Positions 9,661 through 17,872 of a stretch of DNA of 64,000 nt are shown here, in pieces (the first letter of the stretch is position 1; each line of letters begins with the position of its first letter). Source of the DNA: Candidatus Lindowbacteria bacterium RIFCSPLOWO2_12_FULL_62_27 (lineage in GTDB: Bacteria; Lindowbacteria; 2-12-FULL-62-27); the NCBI GenBank assembly GCA_001784175.1, contig MFPR01000030.1, positions 1 through 64,000 on the forward strand, in the 5' to 3' direction. A program made the translations under genes and the position numbers. The notes beneath the pieces were generated by a model that searched no databases, was not told the origin of the DNA, and saw only the letters and a list, made by a program, of their open reading frames with translations.

Positions 9661-10392
9661 TCAAAAATCCTTGTAACAAGAGTTCCACGTTTTATTAGAT
9701 GAAGATCCGCAATCGTTGGCGGCCACGATGGTTGCTGTGTAGGTGTAATAAGACGTCCACCCCGAAGGGCAAGATGGAGCGGTCCCACCGCATTTCGAAA
9801 TTGTGATCCACGCCTTCTGTCCCGTGAGATTAGCACCACTTCCGACGAACGCCGTCGCCGTGACCGTGCCGCTGACGTCGAGTTTTGTGGCCGGATTCAG
9901 CGTGCCGATTCCGATGTTACCCATTTTGCTGACAAGAAAATTCGAGCCGCTGACCGTGAAGGTGTCCAGAACATAGAAGGAACCCGAAGCGGAGGCGCCC
10001 GGGGCGAGATAGAAAGCGGTGTCGGACCAAAATGAGTAGGGAGCAGACAGCAGTTTCCGGCGCGGGGTCATTTCCGGATTTGAGCCAACCGTCACGCCGA
10101 TCCAATATTGGGTATCGAAGGGAAGCGTCAGGGGAGTGACATTGCCGAGTTCGACATCAAAAACGCCGTTGGAAACCGAAACAGAAGACTGAGCTTCCGT
10201 CCAAAGCGGTGATCCGCCGGATGAGATGGTGTACATTTTGAATGTCATCGAATAAGTCCCCGTCAATCGGACGCCGACCGAGTCGGTTAATTGACCTTGG
10301 AAGGAGACCAATCTGGGGGCGCCGGCGAACGCGGATGGCATCGAAATCGAAAACAACAGGCCACAAATCGCCAATCTGGAACAAAGGGTCAT
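9661..10392 (-). CDS. Secreted tail-fibre-like paralog with Cys-containing C-terminal tip (243 aa)
   Basis: N-domain highly similar to 8196-9629 (APRLVSFQGQLTD...TPRRKLL); GNIGIGT..PATKLDV.G; C-terminal CGGTAPSCPSGW...C...C; SD GGAGG upstream. Confidence 0.75.
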   Translation of the reverse strand: MTLCSRLAICGLLFSISMPSAFAGAPRLVSFQGQLTDSVGVRLTGTYSMTFKMYTISSGGSPLWTEAQSSVSVSNGVFDVELGNVTPLTLPFDTQYWIGVTVGSNPEMTPRRKLLSAPYSFWSDTAFYLAPGASASGSFYVLDTFTVSGSNFLVSKMGNIGIGTLNPATKLDVSGTVTATAFVGSGANLTGQKAWITISKCGGTAPSCPSGWTSYYTYTATIVAANDCGSSSNKTWNSCYKDF

Positions 10393-10414
10393 TGAATGGG
10401 TTACCTCCCAACTT

Positions 10415-10751
10415 TCATTTGATTTTAATGTTCAGACCAATCCTGTGCGTCTGCCCCAAATCATCGTGTGTGCTGTACGCGTAATCGAGCGCAAGGAACT
10501 TGATGTTGAACCCGATGCCGGCAAGGAATTCCCGGGAGTCGGTGGTGTAGCCGCCGCGCAGAGCGAGGACGCGGGAGAACAGGCGGATTTCGCCGCCGAA
10601 CCGGTACGAGAGGTCGCCTTCCTCGTTTTCAACATCGGCGGCCAGCGTCATCCATGTGAACGGATCAAGACTCGCGCCACCGCGGATCCGCAGTGGGAAC
10701 TTTTCGTCGACGGATTTGAAATGAAATGTCGGGGCGATGAGATTTTCGACC
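10415..10751 (-). pseudogene. 5'-truncated PorV/PorQ-family gene (last 111 codons only)
   Basis: 98/111 aa identical (manual alignment) to the C-terminus of 59055-60038. Homology stops abruptly upstream of VENL at ~10751. Confidence 0.85.
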
Positions 10752-10782
10752 GGGACAATCTGGTTCAGTTGTATCTGATGGT

Positions 10783-11319
10783 TCATTTTCGTTTGATGCT
10801 CTCCATATCGCCCTTGGTCAAAAGTAGACGTTCGTCTACAGCATCGAGAAGATCGCCGGCCGGCATGGCATCCGCGAAATAGGCGAGTTTGACGACAACA
10901 CCATCCTCTTTGGCGAAATTTACTGCCGGGATAAAATCGGAGTCGGCGGTCAGGAGAGTGGCGTGGGTGATCAGATGTTTTGAGGCCAGACGCACAAGAT
11001 CGACGCCGAATAGCATGTCGACCTGTTTTTGAACGGGGCCGCCCGGCCGCATTTTCAATTTGCCTTCACGGACTTCAAAGCGTTCCAGCCTTGTCAGGAC
11101 CCCGAAAAATTTTCGGGCGTGCTCCAATCGGGCCATATCCGCCGGAGCGGGATTGGATCCCACAAAGGGAAGGCAGTTGTAATAATACGTTCGAAGATGT
11201 TCGTGCGGCACGGCCAGACGGACGGATAGTTTTGCGAAGTCGATTTTCAAGCCGCCGTATTGATAGAGGAGGAGATTGTCGAGATATCCGCCGTCGATGA
11301 GCACAACCACTCTGCTCAC
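10783..11319 (-). CDS. NYN-domain (LabA/DUF88, PIN-like) ribonuclease
   Basis: IDGGYL...QKQVD...ADSDF acidic PIN/NYN motifs. Confidence 0.9.
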   Translation of the reverse strand: MSRVVVLIDGGYLDNLLLYQYGGLKIDFAKLSVRLAVPHEHLRTYYYNCLPFVGSNPAPADMARLEHARKFFGVLTRLERFEVREGKLKMRPGGPVQKQVDMLFGVDLVRLASKHLITHATLLTADSDFIPAVNFAKEDGVVVKLAYFADAMPAGDLLDAVDERLLLTKGDMESIKRK

Positions 11320-11333
11320 TTGGAGGGGCCCAT

Positions 11334-11408
11334 AAAAAAACTGCCCGTCATCCGTATCTCGGCTGTCCTTACGGACCCGAGAGGACGACGGGAAGGATAT
11401 CTACATCT
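11334..11408 (-). ncRNA. Candidate structured leader / antitoxin-like RNA with U-tract upstream of NYN gene 1
   Basis: Minus strand CCCGUCGUCC-UCUCGG-GUCC(GUAA)GGAC-AG-CCGAGA-UAC-GGAUGACGGG-CAG-U7: nested stems with a GNRA loop. Confidence 0.55.
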
Positions 11409-11414
11409 GAAACT

Positions 11415-11444
11415 ACTATACCCATCGGAACGGAAGTTTGTCAA
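11415..11444 (-). promoter_or_regulatory. sigma70-type promoter for NYN gene 1 and its leader
   Basis: TTGACA-18 bp-TATAGT on the minus strand. Confidence 0.7.
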
Positions 11445-11802
11445 CTTGAAGGAGGCGGCGGTCGCAACCGGCCGACACTCCCGGTATAGGCGCAGTACTA
11501 CACCATCCCCTGAAAGATTCGGGGTGGATGATACACCTGAGATGACATTCCGTCCGTGGTTGTCAGCCCTTGCCGTTTCCCCTCCGCGCCCAGAGTCGTC
11601 AACAGGCATCCTTCGGGCTACCCCCTTTGCAGAATCAAGCGAATAAATGAATCAGGTTTATAAGGTGCCGGATGCCAACTGTATATATATACAAAGTATA
11701 GGTGATTCCAAGCCATAATCAAGCCGTCTTTCCCGAATACCAACACAGTCTACCATGCTCGCCTTTTGCGAGCAAGGCATGCGTGGGCGCATAATGCCCC
11801 GG

Positions 11803-12072
11803 ATGAAAAAATCGACGTTCACACCGCTTTACGCTGTGTTTCGAAAAAAGCTGGTGTCCATGCGGAAGGCCGCCGGCCTGACCCAGCGCGATCTGGCCAA
11901 GAGGCTCAAGCGGGAGCATTCTTTTGTCGCCCGAATTGAACAGGGCGAACGGCGGCTGGACGTGGTTGAGTTCTACTGGGTCTGCCGCGCCTGCGGCGTC
12001 CCGCCGGACAAGACGGCAAGCGAAATAATGAGGGGGATCATGTCACAGGATACTTCGAAACGAGGATCCTAA
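11803..12072 (+). CDS. XRE-family HTH transcriptional regulator
   Basis: GLTQRDLAKRL...FVARIEQGERRLD. Start placed at ATG 11803, 7 nt after a CATAAT -10-like box; upstream in-frame starts exist. Confidence 0.85.
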   Translation: MKKSTFTPLYAVFRKKLVSMRKAAGLTQRDLAKRLKREHSFVARIEQGERRLDVVEFYWVCRACGVPPDKTASEIMRGIMSQDTSKRGS

Positions 12073-12101
12073 TTCCAACCTCCAATTTCATGCGATTTCC
12101 C

Positions 12102-12130
12102 TTGACAGACAACGGAATCTGAATGACTAT
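12102..12130 (+). promoter_or_regulatory. sigma70-type promoter for NYN gene 2 and its leader
   Basis: TTGACA-17 bp-GACTAT. Confidence 0.55.
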
Positions 12131-12136
12131 TCGGCC

Positions 12137-12195
12137 ATACCACCCCAGTTGCTTCGGCGCTGGGCGCGAAGCCGCCTTCGGGCGGCTTCTGCATT
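12137..12195 (+). ncRNA. Candidate structured leader RNA upstream of NYN gene 2
   Basis: Two adjacent hairpins, both capped by C(UUCG)G tetraloops: CCCAG-UU-GC(UUCG)GC-G-CUGGG and GAAGCCGCC(UUCG)GGCGGCUUC. Confidence 0.55.
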
Positions 12196-12208
12196 ATAAG
12201 GGGTCCAC

Positions 12209-12832
12209 ATGATTACGGTCGTCTATATTGATGCGTTCAATCTGTATTTCGGTGCGCTCAGAGGCACTCCGTACAAATGGCTGGACCTCTCCCAACTCTG
12301 CCGCCACATGCTCCCGAAAAATGAGATCAAGGCCATCAAATACTACACTGCGCTTGTGACCCCGCGAGCCAAAGATCCGGAGCAACCGATCCGTCAGCAG
12401 ACCTATCTCCGGGCGCTCAAGACCCTGCCGAACCTTTCCATTCATCACGGCCATTTCCTGACACATATCGTCAAAATGCCGCTGGCCTCATCCATTGCCG
12501 GGGAAATGAAGTATGCGGAAGTCGTGAAGACGGAGGAGAAGGGTTCTGACGTGAATCTGGCGACGCATCTTCTGTACGATGCCTTTCGGGGGGAATTTGA
12601 AGTCGCCGTGGTGATCTCGAACGATTCCGACCTGGTGGAGCCCATTCGGATCGTTACAAAGGAACTGAAAAAAACTGTGGGTGTCTTGAATCCACATGAA
12701 CACCCAAGCCGGGTTCTGCACGCGCAGGCGACCTTTTTCAAAAAAATCCGGCGAGGCGTCTTGAAGGCAAGCCAGTTTCCGGAGATCCTGACGGACGTTC
12801 ACGGCGAGTTTCATAAACCAGATGGGTGGTGA
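12209..12832 (+). CDS. NYN-domain (LabA/DUF88, PIN-like) ribonuclease
   Basis: YIDAFNLY...EEKGSDVNLA...ISNDSDL motifs. Confidence 0.9.
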   Translation: MITVVYIDAFNLYFGALRGTPYKWLDLSQLCRHMLPKNEIKAIKYYTALVTPRAKDPEQPIRQQTYLRALKTLPNLSIHHGHFLTHIVKMPLASSIAGEMKYAEVVKTEEKGSDVNLATHLLYDAFRGEFEVAVVISNDSDLVEPIRIVTKELKKTVGVLNPHEHPSRVLHAQATFFKKIRRGVLKASQFPEILTDVHGEFHKPDGW

Positions 12833-12862
12833 TCGATATCTTCTTCGGCAGAGGCAAGCTGA

Positions 12863-13645
12863 TCAGTTCCATTTCCGGCGCCGGCGGCGGCCCTTCCCTT
12901 TTCCTTTCAGGTGCTTCCTATACCATCTCCGGTACTCGACCCTCTCTCGCTTGTACGATGCCACCTGATGCCAGCTACAACCTGCGGTTCCGGCGCGTTT
13001 GGCCGCCCGGTCGAGCATGGACAGATCCAAGATCCAGTTGCCCTCGACGCGCCGGAGCACCCTGTACTTCGCCATGAGGTTTAGTCGCCTGCGCACGACG
13101 GTCACGTCCAAATGCGTATCCTTTGCCAGCTCGGTGGGATTGATGCGCACACCAGCCCGAATGGCTATGATGATTCTCATACCAGATGCGCCGAGACACC
13201 GGTCTCGGAAGGCGGCGTGCCCCAAATTGAAATCAGGAATGTTAGAAAATTGCAAATTTGCAGGGTTTACATTGGACTGCTTACGCATTTCCGGCATTGG
13301 ACTGTTTTGACTCGTCCGGCCAATGAACTGTTCGAGCATTCTTTTATTGAGAAACCACAGACTCCCTTCTTTGTAACTACCTGGTTTAACGCACCGAATC
13401 CACCCGTTTTTTATTGCTCGCCGGACAGACGGATCACAACCGCTTCGGCTCAATCCACACTCTTTGGCCAACTGACGGCGTGAGAACAAAAAATGGGCCG
13501 CGCGCGCCAGTTTAACTCGTCTCAGGATTCCGAGGGTCACCTTGCAATCTGTATTTCCCTGCCGACCTGTCCACGGATACCGGGCGACCATAAACGCAAG
13601 ACGATCGATATCGTCGGAGCTGAAGTCGATATCATTCTCATCCAT
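12863..13645 (-). CDS. Hypothetical basic DNA-binding protein with two winged-HTH-like segments (possible replication or regulatory protein)
   Basis: SRRQLAKECGLSRS and INPTELAKDTHLDVTVVRRRLNLM; SD GGAGG upstream; basic tail. Confidence 0.6.
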   Translation of the reverse strand: MDENDIDFSSDDIDRLAFMVARYPWTGRQGNTDCKVTLGILRRVKLARAAHFLFSRRQLAKECGLSRSGCDPSVRRAIKNGWIRCVKPGSYKEGSLWFLNKRMLEQFIGRTSQNSPMPEMRKQSNVNPANLQFSNIPDFNLGHAAFRDRCLGASGMRIIIAIRAGVRINPTELAKDTHLDVTVVRRRLNLMAKYRVLRRVEGNWILDLSMLDRAAKRAGTAGCSWHQVASYKRERVEYRRWYRKHLKGKGKGRRRRRKWN

Positions 13646-14171
13646 CGCAAATCCTCCCTACGCCGGAACCGGTTCTGCCAGCGAGGCAGGTCTGAACGGT
13701 TGCCGGCATTGATTCACTTCATGGTCGTACGTGATACATGATTATTTGAAGGGAGACGATATAGTGACGTATTAATAATGTCTCATCGGCTAACACAACA
13801 AAATAGCCGGGTGTGAAATGGCTCCTAAGGACCACTGCTTTGGGTGATTTTTTGCCCGGATGTCTCCATAATTTTCCCGTTTGGTTCAGTATCTTACCCA
13901 TGGATGTTCTGGATTTTATATCGTCTTGAGGAGTAATATGGGCAAAATCTTAGCCCGTAACAGAGGCGTGTCAGATTGTTTGTCAGCACACCACTCGTCC
14001 CGGTCGGCGGTCTTGTTTGTAGCTTCTTAGCCATTCCATTTTTGGCGGGTAGACGACATTTACGCCGTCCGACTCTTTGAAGATACCGCTGTGTTGGAAA
14101 GAACCCTCACGAATTGATAATATTGCTTCTAGCGGGATGGTGGAATAGGGGGCACTGGAATTAAGGGGGGA

Positions 14172-14765
14172 ATGATTTTGCGATCGAAGGAAGACCGTGC
14201 ATTTTTGGAGAAAAGGAGAAAAACCGCTGTTGACTTACATCAGCAGGGGGAAAAAATATCACGGATTGCCAAGAGATCCCGTGTTACTGTGCGCAGTGTT
14301 TCGAGGTGGTTATCGGCATATAGGGCTGGTGGATTATCGGCCTTAAATTCCAGGATTTCTCCCGGCCGCCCAAAAAAATTGACGAAGGACCAAGAAATGG
14401 TGCTTGTAAAGAAACTCTCGAATTTTAGGAAAACTTGGACGTACGAAGAGGCTAAACAGTTCATAAAACGGCAAATTGGGATTGATTACCGTCCACATTC
14501 TTTTACAAGATTGTTCACAAGGCTTGGCCTTCACATCGACTACGATGCTGTCGAGCATAGACTCAGATTTTATTCAGACTTGGATGAAGCCGCCGCCGAT
14601 TTTCTCATCGATCGAATTATTGGGACTATTTCTGCCGATGAGAAACTTCCGACAGCAAGAAAGGCCCGCATCCGTAAAGTTCTCGAACAGTTGGATCCGG
14701 ATCTCGCCGATAGATTTATGAATAAAAATTATGGTGCTCGAAAATTCGGCAGATATTTTTCTTAA
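14172..14765 (+). CDS. HTH/winged-HTH protein resembling the IS630 transposase N-terminus, no DDE domain
   Basis: IAKRSRVTVRSVSRWL...GGLSAL...PGRPKKLT...WT...I...GIDY...L.RLG pattern; unrelated C-terminus. Confidence 0.7.
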   Translation: MILRSKEDRAFLEKRRKTAVDLHQQGEKISRIAKRSRVTVRSVSRWLSAYRAGGLSALNSRISPGRPKKLTKDQEMVLVKKLSNFRKTWTYEEAKQFIKRQIGIDYRPHSFTRLFTRLGLHIDYDAVEHRLRFYSDLDEAAADFLIDRIIGTISADEKLPTARKARIRKVLEQLDPDLADRFMNKNYGARKFGRYFS

Positions 14766-15653
14766 CTGTATTCGTTAAGATTTGATTTTTTCATCGGATT
14801 ATTAACTGTAAACGCTAATATTCGGCAGGTGCCATTTACCTGCGCCCCTTATGTCCGCAGTCAGCAACCCTCATTACCCCCTTCCGCCGTCGATAGGACA
14901 TTATTAATACGACAGCCTATGGGCTTCCCGAAATATTCAAATATAAAATCGGCACTATGAAAATTAGTGTGGCACTCGACATTTTCACAATTGCGCCGGC
15001 GCTGGCGTTATGGCTCCTCCGGATTGACAATGCGTGGATATACCGCCAGATGGCAGAACGACTGGGTCTCAAGGGAGAGGGGAGTGTCAGCGGTGCGGTC
15101 ATGGTATGCCGCTGGGAGAGCGGCAAAGTGGAGATATCCCGACGTTATCGGGAGAAGATTGCAGCAGTCGCCCGCGAAGTCAATTGGCCTCTGAATCAAT
15201 ATACAGGACTATTTCTACAGTTTAACCAGATCGCGGACAAAATAGACGACAGAGAGGTCACCTATACACACTCGCTGAAGGTTGCACAATATGCTGAAGC
15301 AATCGGGCGACGGATGATACGGCATCTGGTCCGCGAAACACTCAAACAGTTTCCTCTCGATTTTGGCGGGATGGAGCCGAAAGTTCTAAGGAAAAAAATA
15401 CTCGCGATGCTCGTTAAATCCGCCATGTTTCACGACATCGGAAAAGTTTGGATTTCAAATAGAATCATCCGCAAGGCCGGGCCTCTGACTGAATCTCAGA
15501 AACAGAAGATGCGAAGCCACGCGATATTGACCGATTTCATCATCTCGTCGTTACTGCCCATGGAAACAGGAATCGCAAAGGTTGCATCAATGCACCATGA
15601 GCTTCTGAATGGCATGGGCTATCCAAAAGGATTAACAGCGGGACAGATTCCTC

Positions 15654-17040
15654 GAGTCAATCCCTTTTTTAGTTGAAAATGCTGCATGACTCACGCCGCT
15701 TTAGCCTCGCAGACAACATGTTGTTTCATGGCCAGCCGAAGTTTCTTGAGTAAGCGGTGGCCTTTTACTCTTCGGAGCCAGGGCTCGACTTCCAGCAGCG
15801 CGGAGGCTACCCAGCGTTGCCGCTGATCGCTGTTCTTCCAGCTCGTGACGCGCCCGGTATATTGTCCGACCATGCTGTTGAGCGACTCGATGCAATTCGT
15901 CGTTTTGAAACTCGTACCCAACTCGGAAAACACCCCCAGCCGATGAAGCGTCAGCGTTTCCTCCAAGCCTTCATCCAAACTGGCAACCGCCGACACATTC
16001 AGCCGTTTGAGTTCCTGCCGAACGTTCATCAGCTTCTGCCTGGCCACGTCGTATGTCAGTTCGTCGTAGGCGTCCTGAAGTTTTCCGCGAAACTCGCCCT
16101 GATGCTTTTTGTCCAGATAGCTCACCACATTCTCGCGCTTATGCCACTGACAGCGCTGCACACACGCGCCTGCGCCGATCACATCCGTGATCGCCTTCCG
16201 AATACCTTTTGCTCCGTCGATGATGAACAGAATTTCTTCCTCCATCTTCAAGCCTCGCTGCACCAAGCCGCTGAGAAACTCCTTGCACACCCGCGCGTTC
16301 TCCGTGCTCGTCTCGATGAACCCCAAAACCAGCTTTTTTCCCTCGATGGTGATCCCGAGGGCGATCACCACCTCCAACTCGCCAAGACTTTTGCCGTCAA
16401 TAAAAATCGCCACGATGTCCTCCTGGCTGAGGTCGCGCTCCATCAATTTCTTCAGTTGCCGGGCCGTCGCGCGGATAAATCGCCTCGACACGCTGTTGCG
16501 CCGGATCCCAAACGTCTCCGGGACCGTCAGCGCCGCCCGTTCGTACTTGCGGCTGCTGAGACCGTTGATCATTCGAGCCAATACCGCATGGTCAATCACT
16601 CGTGGATTCTGCAGCGCCTGATAACTCTGCAATGGAACTTCGCATCCATCATTCGTATTTCGAACGCGAGGCACTTCGATCAGAATTTTCTGGTCGCCCA
16701 AATACACGGACCCCGGATTCTTTCCCCAACGCCCGATGCCGGGGCTTTGCCGGCTGTGCCTCTCTCCAACCAGCCGCCGAACCTCATCCTGCAATTCGTC
16801 GTGGACATCTTTCAGCCCCAGCGGAATCAACATCTGGATCAACTCCACCCTCCCGTTCAAATCGTTACTCGCAGCTTCCATCGCCCGGATCGTCTCCGTT
16901 CGATTTTTTGATTTGCTTCCCGTTCCAAAACGTATTACCTTTTTCATCAGCATGACCTCCTGTTTTTTGGTGTTGTCCTTCGTCAGTCAACACCTTAGCG
17001 AGGTCATGCATCATTTTTCAACTAATTTTAGGACATTCTC
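15654..17040 (-). mobile_element. IS256-family insertion sequence, 1387 bp, 8-bp target duplication GATTCCTC
   Basis: TSD at 15646-15653 and 17041-17048. Imperfect TIRs GAGTCAATCCCTTTTTTAGTTGAAAATG versus reverse complement GAGAATGTCCTAAAATTAGTTGAAAAATG. Confidence 0.93.
15691..16953 (-). CDS. IS256-family (mutator) DDE transposase
   Basis: IFIDG...IIDGAKG...QRCQWHK...TTNCIES motifs. Confidence 0.95.
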   Translation of the reverse strand: MLMKKVIRFGTGSKSKNRTETIRAMEAASNDLNGRVELIQMLIPLGLKDVHDELQDEVRRLVGERHSRQSPGIGRWGKNPGSVYLGDQKILIEVPRVRNTNDGCEVPLQSYQALQNPRVIDHAVLARMINGLSSRKYERAALTVPETFGIRRNSVSRRFIRATARQLKKLMERDLSQEDIVAIFIDGKSLGELEVVIALGITIEGKKLVLGFIETSTENARVCKEFLSGLVQRGLKMEEEILFIIDGAKGIRKAITDVIGAGACVQRCQWHKRENVVSYLDKKHQGEFRGKLQDAYDELTYDVARQKLMNVRQELKRLNVSAVASLDEGLEETLTLHRLGVFSELGTSFKTTNCIESLNSMVGQYTGRVTSWKNSDQRQRWVASALLEVEPWLRRVKGHRLLKKLRLAMKQHVVCEAKAA

Positions 17041-17425
17041 GATTCCTCTGCTCTCACAGATCATTACGGTCTGTGACATATTTGACGCGCTGATTTCTGT
17101 AAGATCCTATAAGCCCGGACTACCGACTGACCGGGCTTTTGAAATATTGTACCAGGGAGCTGAAAAAGGCGAAGTAAACATCCAGGTCGTCAATGTTCTC
17201 AAAAGCATCCATGAGCAAGTCGACAGGCGGAATGTCATTCCCCCATCCACCGAAAAACCCCAACCCAGGACGCGGCCGGTGTCCTTTCGATTGGCTACCG
17301 ACGTTTATGAAAAAATGGCCAAACTGGCCGAGGCGAGCAATCTTTCGCCGGGTTCTATGGCCCGGCAGATCGTTGTGAACCACGTAATTGGGGACTCGGC
17401 CCATGCGTAACGTTGTCACAAATAC

Positions 17426-17872
17426 GTGGCGGGGCCCGTATTATTTTACAGGGACCAGTATCTCCCGGATGTCGGCCTGAAGCGGATGGCACAAATGCGC
17501 GAGTTGGCCGATTTGATAGAGCATCCGGAGGAGGTAAGCGCAATATCTCAGCGGGAGGCGCAAGAGATGTTGATTAAGATCAGCCGGCTGCAGACAGCCC
17601 TTCTCATTCGCGCAGTGGTGCCGGCGGTTGAAAATTGCAGCGATGAGAAACTGCCGGATCGGGACAGGCTTCTCACCCCGGAGGAGACGGGGAAGCGGCT
17701 GGGCAGGAGCGTCCGCTGGATATATCGGAATGCAAAAAATCTGCCGTTCGCCGTCAAGCTTTCCCGAAAATGCCTCCGATTTAGTGAGGCAAGACTGACG
17801 AAGTGGATCGACCAGAAATTGGCCATGAACAGATGTTCTCCATCGGATAAAGACAGGAGGCGGACTCCGTGA
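17426..17872 (+). CDS. Excisionase/AlpA-like HTH protein
   Basis: LLTPEETGKRLGRSVRWIY...LRFSEARLTKWI; overlaps the integrase start. True start may be downstream. Confidence 0.75.
   Translation: MAGPVLFYRDQYLPDVGLKRMAQMRELADLIEHPEEVSAISQREAQEMLIKISRLQTALLIRAVVPAVENCSDEKLPDRDRLLTPEETGKRLGRSVRWIYRNAKNLPFAVKLSRKCLRFSEARLTKWIDQKLAMNRCSPSDKDRRRTP

Larger units (their letters stand above)
14957..17410 (+). pseudogene. XRE-HTH / HD-GYP / ribbon-helix-helix protein interrupted by IS256 (352 aa when rejoined)
   Basis: 14957-15653 joins in frame to 17049-17410: HDIGK...HHE..NGMGYPKGL...IP|LLSQIITVCDIFDAL...R.YK; N-terminal QMAERLG...RWESG; C-terminal PVSFRL..DVYEKM..LA...LSPGSMARQIV. Confidence 0.85.
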
